DNA from: Podarcis muralis
Taxonomy: Eukaryota
NCBI RefSeq assembly: GCF_964188315.1
Contig: NC_135667.1
Span: forward strand, 26,598,001 to 26,662,000
Reading direction: 5' to 3'
DNA length: 64,000 nucleotides
Part shown: in pieces, positions 22,719 through 35,169 of the stretch
Layout of the letters: each line of letters opens with the position of its first letter
Numbering within the stretch: position 1 is the stretch's first letter
Notes under the pieces: model-generated
Databases searched by the model: none
Told to the model about the DNA's origin: nothing
What the model saw: only the letters and a program-made list of their open reading frames with translations
Program-made: the position numbers and the translations under genes

Positions 22719-24248
22719 CACTGGGCAACAATTTTTTACTTTTTGAATGTTGTTTAGATTTCTACAACTGATTTAGGGTATTTTTGCACTGCTGAATCAG
22801 GAAGTGGCATCCGTTTCTCTCCATCAGGTCAGGTTTATTGTAAACGGAATGGTGGGCATTGATAAAGGTAAGTACACGTAAATTGCATGTTGCTTCACCA
22901 TTTTTCAAACTTCAGGGCTTGAACTTCCGTTTCTTGGAACTCCTGGGATGCTCAGCGGCAGGGAGGTCTCTCTTCAGAGTCCAACAGTAGTCAGCCATCA
23001 TGACTGCGTCCCAGAGACCCTGATACCTGGTCTCCATCTCTTTCATGTCCTGATGGAATCTCTCCCCCTGCTCGTCACTCATTGAACCCAGGTTCTCAGG
23101 AAACCGGTCCATATGTGAAAATAGGTAGTGCATCTTGACGCTCATGTTGCAGCCCAGGTTTCTGAAAGCAGTCAGCATGTTGTTGACAAGTTCTGCGTAG
23201 TTTCTGGCCTTATTGTTGCCAAGAAAGTTATTCACTACCAGAACAAATGCCTTCCACGCTTCCAGTTCCACTTCGTTCATTGAGTTTCCGAACTCTGGAT
23301 CTCTGATGAGCTGACGGATCTGAAGACCGTCAAAGATGCCACTTTCAACTTCTTCATGGTCAATCCTGGAAAAGCCTGGCACAAGTAAGTGAAGCAGTCA
23401 CCATCCTTGTCCAGAGCCTTGGTGAACTGCTTGATTAAGCCGAGCTTGATGTGCAGCGATGGGAAGAGTATTCTGTCTCTGTCCACCAGAGGGTCGTTGA
23501 TGATGTTCCTTTTTTTGCAAGGCACCAATTCCTCCCGCACAGGCCAGTCCTCCTTTGTGTAATGCTGAGCACGGTCCCTACTATCCCACATGCACAGAAA
23601 ACATGGGTACTTGGTGAAGCCAGACTGTTGTCCCAACAAAAAGTTCACCATCTTCAGGTCAACACAAATAAACCACTTATGCTGATCATAACCAATTTTC
23701 TCCAGCACATACTTCACCTCTTCATAGTTCTCCTTCAGTGTACTCGAGTGAGCCAGGGGTATAGAGGCAAACTGGTTGCCGTTGTGTAGCAGAACACATT
23801 TCAGTGATCGCTTGCTGCTATCAATGAACAGTCTCCAATCTTTGGGTTCGTACTGTGGCACTCCAAGCTTGAGCAGAAGCTGCACAATATCTGCACAGTA
23901 CACCAAGTCCTTCTCTTCCGAGAAAAAAAGGAGGTTTTATGACTTCAAACTGATCCCTTGTTGACATAATCACCCAGAACTATCGGACCTGAATACTTCT
24001 TGTCATTAAAATAATCATTTCCAATCAAAACAATTATTCGACATGGCATTTTACCCCCCACCAACTTCTTCTAAAATGCTCCACGCAAGCGTACATGTGA
24101 ACAAAAACGTTTAAAAAATGACATGTGGCCATAGCTCAAAAACTTGACCTGATTGAGCAAAACCAATGTGATTTTTGGATTCAGTGCATCAGATTCATCC
24201 TAAAAAAACTGAAAAAAATGCAGACAACAAATTTGTTGTTGCCCAGTG
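22719..24248 (-). mobile_element. Chapaev3/CMC-type DNA transposon (duplicate of 5351-6886)
   Basis: Perfect 13-bp TIRs cactgggcaacaa / ttgttgcccagtg; transposase fragments 23277-23906 and 22912-23382. Confidence 0.75.
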
Positions 24249-24412
24249 ATTGAAAATGTTAAACCAGATATTGGTAACATGTTAACTTCTCAGCACACCT
24301 GAACCTTAAAGTTTTGTCCAGAATTGCCCTCAGTGTAATTAACTTGTGATAAATTGGTTTTTTATCAAGTTGATACTCAATAAGCCACTTGAGAAGTGAT
24401 CCATAAAAACTG

Positions 24413-24430
24413 ACTCACCAAACTATTCAT
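24413..24430 (-). promoter_or_regulatory. Putative splice donor of the upstream exon of OR B (exon ends 24419), in-frame ATG at 24430
   Basis: Same block as 7051-7068. Confidence 0.7.
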
Positions 24431-24665
24431 GGGCAGATCCTGGATAATTTAATACAATTTTATGTGGTGGTATTTGTTGTTGTTGTTGTTGCTGCTGCTG
24501 CTTTATGTCTGCTCATTTTCTGCTTTTCTCTGATCACCCAGTATGATCTGTCACATCTTTAGCTCTCCATCACTGTTTAAGAGGTGATCTCGGTTACAGT
24601 TTTCCTCACTGACTAACAGAATAAGGAGATGCAGCAATTACTTTTATTTATATTTTGTTTCTCCA

Positions 24666-24689
24666 TTCCCAGGAGTCTAATAAACTCAG
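24666..24689. promoter_or_regulatory. O/E-like plus homeodomain motif, putative OR B promoter
   Basis: ttcccaggagtctaataaactcag. Confidence 0.6.
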
Positions 24690-25192
24690 AAGAAAATTCT
24701 CAGGCGTATGTGTGGAATGCATGTGTATTTTACTGTTTACATGTAAAAGTGTTCTATTAGAATACCAAATGATAAAGGTTTCAAGCAAGAATCACTACGT
24801 CACATGGGATTTCACCTGATATACGTAGATTGAGCAGCAATATATGGAGGTACATACATCACTTGGTTTCTTTTTCATTCATTTATAAATATTTCCATTA
24901 TAACACTAAGATGCTTTAAAAATATTTCCTATAATATAATACTCAATATAATTAATATAATATCTATCTATCATGTTCCAAGTTCTTTATTTTTTATTTT
25001 TCTTAAAAATTGTAATAACATAACAGCTATTGCTGATTCTTTTAATTTCAACTATTGTATAAAGAAGAGGACTGCTGGAAAATGTCTGTGAATGTTTTTT
25101 AAAATATGTTTGCTTCAAGAATCTCTCAGTAGAATAGGCCGCTGGATAATTTGTATACAGAATCAGCAAATAAGATACACAACATATAGACA

Positions 25193-25241
25193 GATCTTGT
25201 GGCGTCTATGTTTGTTGCATGTTGCCACCAGTTATGAACCC
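25193..25241 (+). pseudogene. Short OR14-like TM7 remnant
   Basis: gatcttgtggcgtctatgttt..tgcatgttgccaccagttatgaaccca, similar to DLVASMF(Y)CMLPPVMNP. Confidence 0.7.
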
Positions 25242-25514
25242 AGCAATGGGGAGGATATTTGGTGTGGATCACCAACTACACTTTGCTTGAACTACAGCAG
25301 CTATCTCTGTGTGACAGTACCATCCACACTGTTCAAAATAAAACAGTATGTGCAGAATTCCAGTGGGATAGAGTTCTTTACCAAAAAAAAAAAAGCCAAA
25401 TCAAGAAATTTGGGCACCTGAAGCAAAAACACACACCAGTATACCCTTTACAAATTCCTCTTCTGCACTCTGGCAATAATTTAAAATGAAATAAATAGCA
25501 TTTTGATGTCACTA

Positions 25515-25756
25515 CAATGGTACCTCGGGTTAAGTACTTAATTCATTCCGGAGATCTGTTCTTAACATGAAACTGTTCTTAACCTAAAGTACCACTTTAG
25601 CTAATGGGGCCTCCCGCTGCTGCCGCACCGCCGGAGCACGATTTCGGTTCTCATCCTGAAGCAAAGTTCTTAACCCAAGGTACTATTTCTGGGTTAGCAG
25701 AGTCTGTAACCTGAAGCGTATGTAACCTGAAGCATATGTAACCCGAGGTACCACTG
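25515..25756. mobile_element. Tc1/mariner-type MITE (~242 bp family)
   Basis: Same family as 10443-10684; TA flanks. Confidence 0.9.
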
Positions 25757-26551
25757 TATTTGACCAACAAAGCTGGAGTGGCCCCCTCAATTTGCCTAAT
25801 AAGAGTTCCAGCCCTGCTTCATATATAAATCCCTTAGGAAAATGTTTGCATCTATAAATCTTTTGTTTAGCTCCTTGCTCAACCTGTGTTATACTTCCCA
25901 AATAAACTTTGAATATTGTTGATCCGTGTCTGTTGCAGGCAGTCAGTGGACCAGGGAACTAGGCTTGTCCCCTCAATATTCCTGGTAAATGAGAGTATTA
26001 AAGTACTAAAGCCAGGCACTTCCTTCCCAAAGCTGGAGAAGCTTCTGTCCAGCTTAGGGAAGGAGGGGTGATGCTCACACACAGATGTTGCCCCTGCCCC
26101 AAATCACCCTTAAAAGCTGGCACCTCTGGCCCTAATGTATCCCCATAAAAAGATTCACTGCACGCCTCTGATCCATGTGGACAACATAAGTATACTCCTG
26201 CTAAAATCTAACACAATCCGTTCATTTTCTGACTTCATTGCTACCTGCAGCCATAGTGCCTTGTGAATCTTATAATATGACTTTTGTTATGGTTGTTCCG
26301 TTTAGCTTAATTTATTTTAGTAGCTTTCTTAATAGTGTTCTATAGAAGGTGGTTGTTATACTGGTGATTTGTAATTATTTTACTGATGATTTCTTAATTA
26401 TTCTATATAATTTATGCTGTGGTTGTGATGTTCAATTATCTGTTCAACCTCAGATTTGAGTGACCAGTTTATGAATGAGAAGGAAAGTGAGAAAAACAAC
26501 AAGTCTTACTACCTCACTTTGAAGGTTCTTCAGAGAGAGAAAACACCTTTT

Positions 26552-27108
26552 TGCTATGGCAAGAAACATTAGCTTTTATACCCAAGGTGTGTGGGATGTA
26601 ATCCACTGAGATCAGTCAAGTACAACATTCCTTGTTTTCCTAGAGTGGACATGCAAGAGAATGTTTGGTCGAGCCAGTCAAAACTTCCTGTTCCTCCTGC
26701 CCTGGAACACCTTTCCTTGCATGTAACTAGTGGGTGGGTGTGACCTTTCCAGACCTGGTAAAAGGACAAGGCATGCTGCCACTCTCTCTCTTTTCCATAT
26801 TCCTTTTGTCCTGCGAACGTCCTGGAATGAACTGCTGGCTGCCAGCCAAGCAGTCCCTCAGGTCACCTCCCTTATGGGGTAAACCTGTTTTTATACGTTT
26901 GTAACTTTAAGCCTAAAGCCTGCCTTCAGGGATCACACTGTGCTCTGCCTGATCGTGAGTAAACTTTCTTTTTATTGCTTATGAATAAGACTGTCGTGTC
27001 TTTATTCTTTAAGGAGGGATTTAAAAGGGGATCTTACCAGGAACATACAGTTCAATCTGAGGCAGATTGAATTGCATAATACTAAGAGGTTCTAACGAGC
27101 CTGCAACA
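26552..27108. mobile_element. Possible solo LTR
   Basis: TG...CA termini (tgctatgg...ctgcaaca) and LTR-like composition, but no matching TSD. Confidence 0.35.
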
Positions 27109-27337
27109 AGTTTTCTGCTGTGTAAAGGGGAATGCACTCTGCTAAGTAAAGGAACATGCTAGCACAAGTTAGGAAGGATATTAATAAATAATATATCCTC
27201 TATTGCCACCCTGAACATTCCCTGAAGGTGAGGCTAAATTATTTTTAAAAAAACATTAAATATCCTTTCTTTTTGATAGCTACAGGGTGTTAAAAGATTT
27301 GGAAAAGGTGCAAGTCTTAAGAAGCTTGTTCTAAATA

Positions 27338-27586
27338 CAGTCGTACCTCAGAAGTCGAACAGAATCCATTCTGGAAGTCCGTTTGACTTCCAAAACTTTT
27401 GGAAACCTAGGCGCAGCTTCCGATTGCCTGCAGTAAGCTCCTGTAGCCAATCGAAAGTTGCGGAAGCCACGCCAGACGTTCGGGTTCCACAGAACATTCA
27501 CAAATGGGAACATTCATTTCCGGGTTTGCGGAGTTCAGGAGCCAAAATATTCGACTCCAAGGCATTTGGGATCCAAGGTACAAATG
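27338..27586. mobile_element. Tc1/mariner-type MITE (paralogue of 7909-8121)
   Basis: cagtcgtacct...aggtacaaatg with TA flanks; carries an internal segment missing from copy 1. Confidence 0.7.
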
Positions 27587-28614
27587 TATCTGAGAAATCC
27601 GCTCACCTTTTTTCTGGTGGGCGCTGTTGTGTCCAGGTATCGTGGGCCCTGCAGTGCTCTGGTGGAGGGGAGATTGACGCCTCTCTTGTTGCCGTCTGGG
27701 CCACATCACTGGTGCTGGGTGGAACCCACCTAGGGGTGGCCCCGCTGTCCAATCAGGACCTGTGGGAGGCATGGCCGTGGGTAATTAAGACCACAGAGCA
27801 TCTGGGGAGCCCTGTTCTCTTACCCTTCACCAGATCTCCCAATCCACCTGCCCTCTTTTTTATGCTTTGCTATGACTCAAAGCAAAAACTGGACTTGGTG
27901 GGTGGTTTGTAGCTCATCTTTCCCAGAATGTTTGCAACTCTGTGAATACAGAAAGTCCACTTTCCATGGGGCCATCTCCCCTAACTTACACGAGTCTGAG
28001 GACAATCACATTCTGTCAATGAAGGAAGTGTTCTGCTTGCAGAAATCTGCTTGCAGAAATCTGCTTGCAGAAATCTGCGCCCTTAAAATTCCGCAGGCAC
28101 TCACAGCCGTAAATGGCAGATGTAGAAGAAAACCCTACTGGTACTAGAGAGGACCCACAAGTGAAAGCGATGAATGACATTAGAATTAATTCCACAACAG
28201 TCTCAAGCTTGCAAATCGGCAATAAAACATTTTTTTGTGTGTGTTCCCTTTTACCATATGTCTGTTTCAGCAGCAATATCATAAAAGCCAATTTTTGTAA
28301 GGTTGCAAATTGAACTGCACTGTAACCTTTCATGGTCAGAATTTGGGGGGAAAGTGCAGCTTATATTCAGGCCAATACGGTATTAGGCCAATACAATCAC
28401 ACATACAATCAAGCTGAAAGCATAGTTCTAACTTGCCATAGACCTGGCACAATTCAGCAGAAACAAAAATATGTGTGAAAATAAGTACAAAACAAGTAAA
28501 TTAACTAAAAAAAAAATCCACTCTGCAACAGAGCATGAAAATAGTAAGAGCTATTGCTGAACCTATATAACAGTTTATATAGGCACAGAAATTAAAGATC
28601 AATTTCTGAATCTA

Positions 28615-28678
28615 TTAGACAGCATCTTAAAAAGCAAAGACATCACCTTGCCAACAAAGGTCTGTATAGTTAAAGCTA
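28615..28678 (+). mobile_element. Short BovB/RTE fragment
   Basis: ttagacagcatcttaaaaagc...gttaaagcta, a direct repeat of the start of the 28932 fragment. Confidence 0.8.
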
Positions 28679-28699
28679 AATCTAAACAGAAGGAAAAAT

Positions 28700-28920
28700 G
28701 ATTAGAACAAGAACATTCCACAGACCCACCAATTCAGACAACACATAATAACAACTGTGGTATTCCATAGACTATTATTGACACAGATTTTTTTTCAGAC
28801 TATTTCCCATGTATGCTGTGGAATAGAGCTCTGCAGTCCACACAGTGATTGCATTCACCTATGTGCAGAAGGAATTCTTTGAACTATCCTTAAGATCTGG
28901 ACATAACAGCAACTATTAAA
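28700..28920 (-). pseudogene. Degraded, rearranged OR14-like remnant
   Basis: gcagaaggaattctttgaactatccttaagatctggacataa resembles the IC3/TM5 end; tgtatgctgtggaatagag resembles TM4. Confidence 0.6.
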
Positions 28921-28931
28921 GAAGGAGAACA

Positions 28932-29438
28932 AACCTAGACAGCATCTTAAAAAGCAGAGACATCACCTTGCCGACAAAGGTCCGCATGGTTAAAGCTATG
29001 GTGTTCCCAGTAGTGATGTATGGAAGTGAGAGCTGGACTATAAAGAAGGCTGATCACTGAAGAATTTATGCTTTCGAATTATGGTGTTGGAGGAGACTCT
29101 TGAGAGTCCCATGGACTGCAAAAAGACCAAACCTATCCATTCTTAAGGAAATCAGCCCTGAGTGCTCACTGGAAGGACAGATCCTGAAGCTGAGACTCCA
29201 ATACTTTGGACACCTCATGAGAAGAGAAGACTCCCTGGAAAAGACCCTGATGTTGGGAAAGATGGAGGGCACAAGGAGAAGGGGACGACAGAGGACGAGA
29301 TGGTTGGATAGTGTTCTCGAAGCTACCAGCATGAGTTTGACCAAACTGCAGGAGGCAGTGGAAGACAGGAGTGCCTGGTGTGCTCTGGTGCATGGGGTCA
29401 CGAAGAGACGGACACGACTAAACGACTAAACAACAACA
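28932..29438 (+). mobile_element. BovB/RTE LINE 3' fragment
   Basis: RT C-terminus (RWLDSVLEATSMSL) and (caa)n tail. Confidence 0.95.
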
Positions 29439-29523
29439 ATTACTATTAATTAGCAAGTGTGTTCTCAAAAGATTTGCAACTGAAATGACAATAAAGATTT
29501 CAACACAGGTTTTATCTGTATGT

Positions 29524-30513
29524 TTAAAAATGTTTTACTATATTTTTACAGGAAGAGAAACATATTGCAAATTGGGGAAGATAAATTGGGGTGAAAAATT
29601 TTGCAGTCAACTTCCACAATGCTGATTTCAGTTGCCTATTCCGAATACTATAGATTATTGGGTTTATAACTGGAGGAAACATGCAGTAGAACATAGAAGC
29701 CACAAGATCCATGGCTGATAGGGACCCAGAAGCTGGCTTTAGATAGGCAAATGAACCACTGGCAAAATATACAGATATTACAATAAGGTGTGGCAGGCAA
29801 GTTGAGAAGGCCTTTTCCTTTCCCTGGGCAGAAGGAATTCTGAGAACTGCCCTGAAGATCTGAACATAAGAATAAACTATCAGAGCAAAGTATGTAAAAG
29901 CCAGAGACGCACCAACACAAATAACCCAAAATGCGATGAGATATGAATCAGAGCAAGCAAGTTTGAATAGCTGTGGAATTTCACAGAAGAACATATTAAT
30001 GTCATTCGAACAGAACTCAATTGTAAATGTACTTCCAGTGTATACTGTGGAATAGAGAAGCCCACAAATCCATGAACTGATCACCAGTTGGACGCATGCT
30101 TTCTTGTTCATCACAGTCTCATAGTGCAGTGGATTGCAGATTGCAATGTAGCGGTCATACGCCATGATGCCAAGGAGGAAAAAATGAGATATACTAAAGA
30201 ACAGAAGGTAGGACACTTGACAGATGCATCCATTGTATGATATGGTATTGGTGTTCATCAGGGAATTTGCTAAGGATTTGGGGACTGAGACAGATATGGA
30301 GCCAAGGTCTTGTAATGCCAGATTGGCTAGAAAGAAGTACATGGGTTTGTGAAGCTGAGGACTGCAGGTGATGACTGTGATGATGAGAAGGTTTTCAGTG
30401 ACAGCCATCAGATAAATGACCAGGAAAGTAATGAAATGAAATGTCTCCCATTCCTGAGTATCAGAGAATCCATGCAGAAGGAATTCCACCATTCCAGATG
30501 ACTGGTTGAACAT
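29524..30513 (-). CDS. Olfactory receptor, OR14-like, gene C (329 aa from ATG)
   Basis: Intact OR motifs; acceptor ctctttgcag with AG at 30532-30533. Confidence 0.95.
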   Translation of the reverse strand: MFNQSSGMVEFLLHGFSDTQEWETFHFITFLVIYLMAVTENLLIITVITCSPQLHKPMYFFLANLALQDLGSISVSVPKSLANSLMNTNTISYNGCICQVSYLLFFSISHFFLLGIMAYDRYIAICNPLHYETVMNKKACVQLVISSWICGLLYSTVYTGSTFTIEFCSNDINMFFCEIPQLFKLACSDSYLIAFWVICVGASLAFTYFALIVYSYVQIFRAVLRIPSAQGKEKAFSTCLPHLIVISVYFASGSFAYLKPASGSLSAMDLVASMFYCMFPPVINPIIYSIRNRQLKSALWKLTAKFFTPIYLPQFAICFSSCKNIVKHF

Positions 30514-30556
30514 AGTGCTTGTGTGTGGTTCCTGCAAAGAGGAGCAAACACATTTA

Positions 30557-30936
30557 AGAAAGGTAAAGTAAAAGGTAAAGGACCCCTGGACAGTTAAGTC
30601 CAGTCAAAGGTGACTACAGTATGGGGTTGCACAGTTCATCTCGCTTTCAGGTGGAGGGAGCTGGTGTTTGTCCACAGACAGCTTTCTGGGTCATGTGGCC
30701 AGCATGACTAAACCACTTCTGACGCAATGGAACACCATGACGGAAGCCAGAGTGCCTACCTGCTGCTGCAGTACCTATTTATCCACTTGCACTGGCATGC
30801 TTTCAAACTGCTAGGTTGGCAGGAGCTGGGACAGAGCAACGGGAGCTCACTCCATTGCAGGGATTCGAACCACCGACCTTCCGATTGACAAATCCAAGAG
30901 GCTTAGTGGTTTAGACCACAGCACCACCCATGTCCC
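30557..30936 (-). mobile_element. Sauria SINE in the putative 5' intron of OR C
   Basis: aaggtaaaggacccct tail through caccacccatgtccc head. Confidence 0.9.
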
Positions 30937-31535
30937 TATTTTATTTAAATATTTACCTTTATAAACCTTTATTTAAGAAAAGAGGCACAATTAGTTATCT
31001 CCATGTTACATGGAATTTCATGTGATAGAGATTTAACAGTTTTTGTCCATGTCACATTTCCAGTATGCATTTGCTAAGACCGACATAGGCTGACCTGGCC
31101 TCTTCTATGTGGAATGAGGATGTGCAGGCCAGAATATTTCTCTTTAATGAATGAAAATGTATAATTCTTGGTGACATGGTGGCTATTCTGCACATCTGAC
31201 CTTTGCAGATTTCTTACTAGGAAACCCATAAATATATTTAACTTGTGATAAAACTTGCTTTTTATCCAGTAGGTCTGTTATGCCTTCAAGGTTCTGCTTC
31301 TAGATGTTTCATTAGGTTCACTGAATTCATAAATCACTTCTCACAATAAAAGAGACCCCCAAGGAATTTACAATCATAAAATATGTGAGATGTCTTCTAT
31401 TCCTAGCCATTAACCCTGGCTGGGACAAACTGAGCATGGGCTTTTGCATTGTAAAACTCTGGTTTCTAGATCTTCCTGAACAGTTTATCCAGGAGGTCAT
31501 AAATAAAATAATTGAAAAGTCATCTATTCAAATAG

Positions 31536-31570
31536 ACTTACCAAGCTGTTTGTGGGCAGATCTTGGGTGA
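31536..31570 (-). promoter_or_regulatory. Putative splice donor of the upstream exon of OR C (exon ends 31542, TTG|GTAAGT)
   Basis: atcacccaagatctgcccacaaacagcttg|gtaagt, homologous to 12150-12182. Confidence 0.7.
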
Positions 31571-31763
31571 TTTCATGAAAGTGTTTACATGCATCGTTTT
31601 CATGCCTGGTTGCGATCTGTGTTGTTTTTCTGGGCAGCCAATGTGATTTGCCTTTTCAATGTATCACACCATTCTCTCCCCATAGCTGTTTGGGAGGCAA
31701 TTTCTCTTACTGCTCTCTATACTGAGATGCTGCACTGGATTTTATCCATATTTACTTCCATTA

Positions 31764-31788
31764 CTCCCAGGAGTCTAATCAAACTCAG
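31764..31788. promoter_or_regulatory. O/E-like plus homeodomain motif, putative OR C promoter
   Basis: ctcccaggagtctaatcaaactcag. Confidence 0.6.
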
Positions 31789-32916
31789 AAGAAAAGACTC
31801 ATGGGAATGTGTGGTATGTGTTTGTATTTTTACATGTAAAAACATTCTATAGCGTACCAAATGATAAACAGTTCAAGCAATAATCACCATGTCACATGCA
31901 ATTTCATGTGATACGGAATGAGTGCCAATATACATTGGAATATACATCACTTGATTCCTTTTTTTTACTTATTCGTTAATTTATAAGTATTCATATTATA
32001 ACACAAAGGTCTGTTTCCAAGCTTTTCACAATATTACACATGTACAATGATAGATTCCCCTCAATTCTGAAATGTCTCCCTGAAGCCATACTAAAACACC
32101 CAAAAATCCTAACAGAGTAAAAGAAAAGAAAGAGGAGTTCAAAGAAGGACCATCTAGATTGGAAAAGGAATATTAGCCTAGGTAAGATGTGTTCTACAAG
32201 TTCGTTTCTTCTTAGATTTGAGTGCAGAGTACTTGCAAGGGAAAGAAAGTGTGAGAAGCAATGAGTCTTACAACCTCGGTGTGGATTTTATGCCAGCGAT
32301 TCTCCCCAAACTGAGGTCAGTTGTTTTTTTTTAGAAGGCTAAATGCCCTGTCTTCCTGAAAGATATTAGCCCTTTAGGGCTTTTGAAATGCCATGGGGAG
32401 CCATGAAGATATTGTAAATCTCTGAGAAATGGATCTTTTACCATGGATCTTCTTCCTGCTATCTACATGGGAGGGGGAGCAGATGTTCTTGGTTTCCCTC
32501 TAGGTTACCTCTGGCCTTCCAAACTTTGAAGCTAGTTTCTATACAAAGTGGGAGGAATGATGGAGAGGAATTTTCATTAATACAATATGTGACTTTCTCC
32601 TTGCGTAACACTTCCAGAAGTATGTTTTACTGTGGTCTTCAAACAACAACAAAACCTGCCTCCTCAGTAATGACATGGTCTGGTCTTAGCATAACTCCTC
32701 CTACCCATGATCACTGAGATTGGGTGTCCCAGTGTGTCCCAGTGCAGAGATTGTGTGTGTCCCCCATGGAACCTGCCCCAACCATTCTGTTGGCTGGGGC
32801 CTACTCCCAGGCAGTCCTGACTCTCTCCCCTTAAGAACAGAATACAAACTATATAAAACAATGAAAACTAATTAAAAAACAAAAAATCACAGTTCTACTA
32901 AAAATTAAACTAATTT

Positions 32917-33614
32917 TGTTGTTTAGTCGTTTAGTCGTGTCCGTCTCTTAGTGACCCCATGGACCAGAGCACGCCAGGCACCTCTGTCCTCCACTACCTC
33001 CCACAGTTTGGTCAAACTCATGCTGGTAACCTCGAAAACACTATCCAACCATCTTGTCCTCTGTCGCCCCCTTCTCCTTGTGCCCTCAATCTTTCCCAGC
33101 ATCAGTGTCTTCTCCAGGGAGTCTTCTCTTCTCATGAGGTGGCCAAAGTACTGGAGCCTCAGCTTCACGATCTGTCCTTCCAGTGAGCCCTCAGGGCTGA
33201 TTTCCTTAAGAATGGATGTGTTTGATCTTCTTGCAGTCGATGGGACTCTCAAGAGTCTTCTCCAGCACCATAATTCAAAAGCATCAATTCTTCGGCGATC
33301 AGCCTTCTTTATGGTCCAGCTCTCACTTCCATACATCACTACTGGGAAAACCATGGCTTTAACTATACGGACCTTTGTTGGCAAGGTGACGTCTCTACTT
33401 CTCAAGATGCTGTCTAGGCCTGTCATTGCCCTTCTCCCAAGAAGCAGGCGTCTTTTAATTTCGTGGCTGCTGTCACCATCTGCAGTGATCATGGAGCCCA
33501 AGAAAGTAAAATCTCTCACTGCCTCCATTTCTTCCCCTTCTATTTGCCAGGAGGTGATGGGACCAGTGGCCATGATCTTCGGGGGTTTTTTGATGTTGAG
33601 CTTCAGACCATATT
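32917..33614 (-). mobile_element. BovB/RTE LINE, 5'-truncated, with open RT C-terminal frame
   Basis: GLKLNIKK..KIMA, FTFLGS, EIKRRLLLG, YGSESWT, RWLD; (caa)n tail. Confidence 0.95.
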
Positions 33615-33616
33615 CA

Positions 33617-34060
33617 TCATGGAACTTTGGAGTGTCAGGCATAGCCCTACTGGCTTTAGCCCAAACGTAGCAGAGTTTTCCTGCACAGCAAGGAAGCTAG
33701 TTGCGGCAGTAATGACAAGTCAGCTAGACTCAGAATAACTATTTACAGGATTTATTAAAAGGAGAAAATAAAACCAGCAGAGTTTCTGCATACAAATCAA
33801 AGCAAAATAAATCCTCTCTTTCTCTCTCTCTCAAAACCATACACAGCACTTCTACTCCTAACAACACCTCACTTCAAACTGAGCTAGCAATCCCTTGATA
33901 ACAGAGCAGAGTGCTGGTTGTTAACCAATCAGAGTAAGTAGTTTCTAGGTCAAGCAGACCTAGGCTTTCTGCCAAGAGTAAATTGACACCAGCCTGAGTT
34001 AATTGTGAGAAGCTAGAATCTGCAAGTTTCCCACGAGAACCAATTAACAGAAACTGAACA
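33617..34060 (-). repeat. Copia 3' LTR
   Basis: 444 bp, about 2 mismatches to the 5' LTR; purine tract gaggggg (34061-34067) precedes it on the minus strand. Confidence 0.95.
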
Positions 34061-34113
34061 CCCCCTCACAGATTCTGCTGAACAATTAACACCAAATACA
34101 CCTATGTAGGAGA

Positions 34114-35169
34114 TCATTTTTCCAGCAAACCTAAACCCTTGCACATTCGCTTGTTCTTTATCTTTGCCAATGGTTTAGTTAATACATCTGCTACATTTTC
34201 TTCACTTGATACATAAGTACAGGTGATTACATTGTCTTGTACACAGCAACGTACATTTTGGTATTTTACAGAGATATGTTTGGAACGCGATTTGAAACCC
34301 TCTGTTTTACTTAATGTTATACAAGCTTGATTATCAATGTAAACTTGTACTGGTTCTCCACAATTTACATTTAAATCTGTTAACAAATGCTTGAAATAAA
34401 TCACCTCGTTGCACAATTCACTCAATGCGGCGTACTCTGATTCCGTTGATGACACACTTACAACGTCTTGCTTGCGTGACCGCCAGCTGATTAAAGCTCC
34501 ACCGACCATTATGACTAGTCCTGTGACAGATTTTCTATCCGGCAAATTTCCCCAGTCACTATCACAGTAGCAACTCAACATTTCATCCTCTGAAGAATTT
34601 AATTGTAACATATAGCCAATTGTCTGTTTGAGATATCTCAGAACTTGTTTTACCCCTTTCCAGGCATTTAGTGTGGGTTTTGAGACCAATCTACTTAATA
34701 TGCCTACTGCATAACTAATATCAGGTCTGGACCACTGTGCTAGATACAATAAACTTCCAATTACAGAGTGATATACATCAGGATGTTCAAATTCAGGACT
34801 CTCATCTATATGAAGTGTTTTTATGAAACCTGGATCCATAGGCACCACTGCCCCTTTGCAATCCTGCATCCTGTATGTAGTCAGTAGTTGTTTAACTTTG
34901 TTCTGCTGACTAATTAGGCAGCTGCCATCTTGGGCCCAGCACACTTCCAACCCTAGATATGTCCTAACCGGGCCTAAGTCTTTCACTTTGAACTTACTGG
35001 ACAATTGTTTGGCAAACCTTTTAGTTTGTTTATCTGTTTTGCATGCATACAAAACATCATCTACATAAATCAGACAAAACTCTTGATCACTGCCTGTACC
35101 ACGTACATAAACACAATTGTCAGCTGTACTCTGCTTGAAACCAAATGACACTAAGGCCTCATGGAAACA
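34114..35169 (-). CDS. pol: Copia polyprotein C-terminal part (RT YVDD and RNase H), 351 aa
   Basis: CLIYVDDVL, SRPDISYAVG, CDSDW, STESEY, ADVLTKPL; continues the 38968-41874 frame across the ERV. Confidence 0.93.
   Translation of the reverse strand, partial: CFHEALVSFGFKQSTADNCVYVRGTGSDQEFCLIYVDDVLYACKTDKQTKRFAKQLSSKFKVKDLGPVRTYLGLEVCWAQDGSCLISQQNKVKQLLTTYRMQDCKGAVVPMDPGFIKTLHIDESPEFEHPDVYHSVIGSLLYLAQWSRPDISYAVGILSRLVSKPTLNAWKGVKQVLRYLKQTIGYMLQLNSSEDEMLSCYCDSDWGNLPDRKSVTGLVIMVGGALISWRSRKQDVVSVSSTESEYAALSELCNEVIYFKHLLTDLNVNCGEPVQVYIDNQACITLSKTEGFKSRSKHISVKYQNVRCCVQDNVITCTYVSSEENVADVLTKPLAKIKNKRMCKGLGLLEK

Larger units (their letters stand above)
17399..29766. repeat. Segmental duplication, copy 2
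   Basis: Matches 1-10436; has 25024-27329 where copy 1 has 7658-7899. Confidence 0.95.

Noticed and set aside
32951-33670. 239-aa + strand ORF
   Set aside because: Antisense shadow of the BovB RT frame
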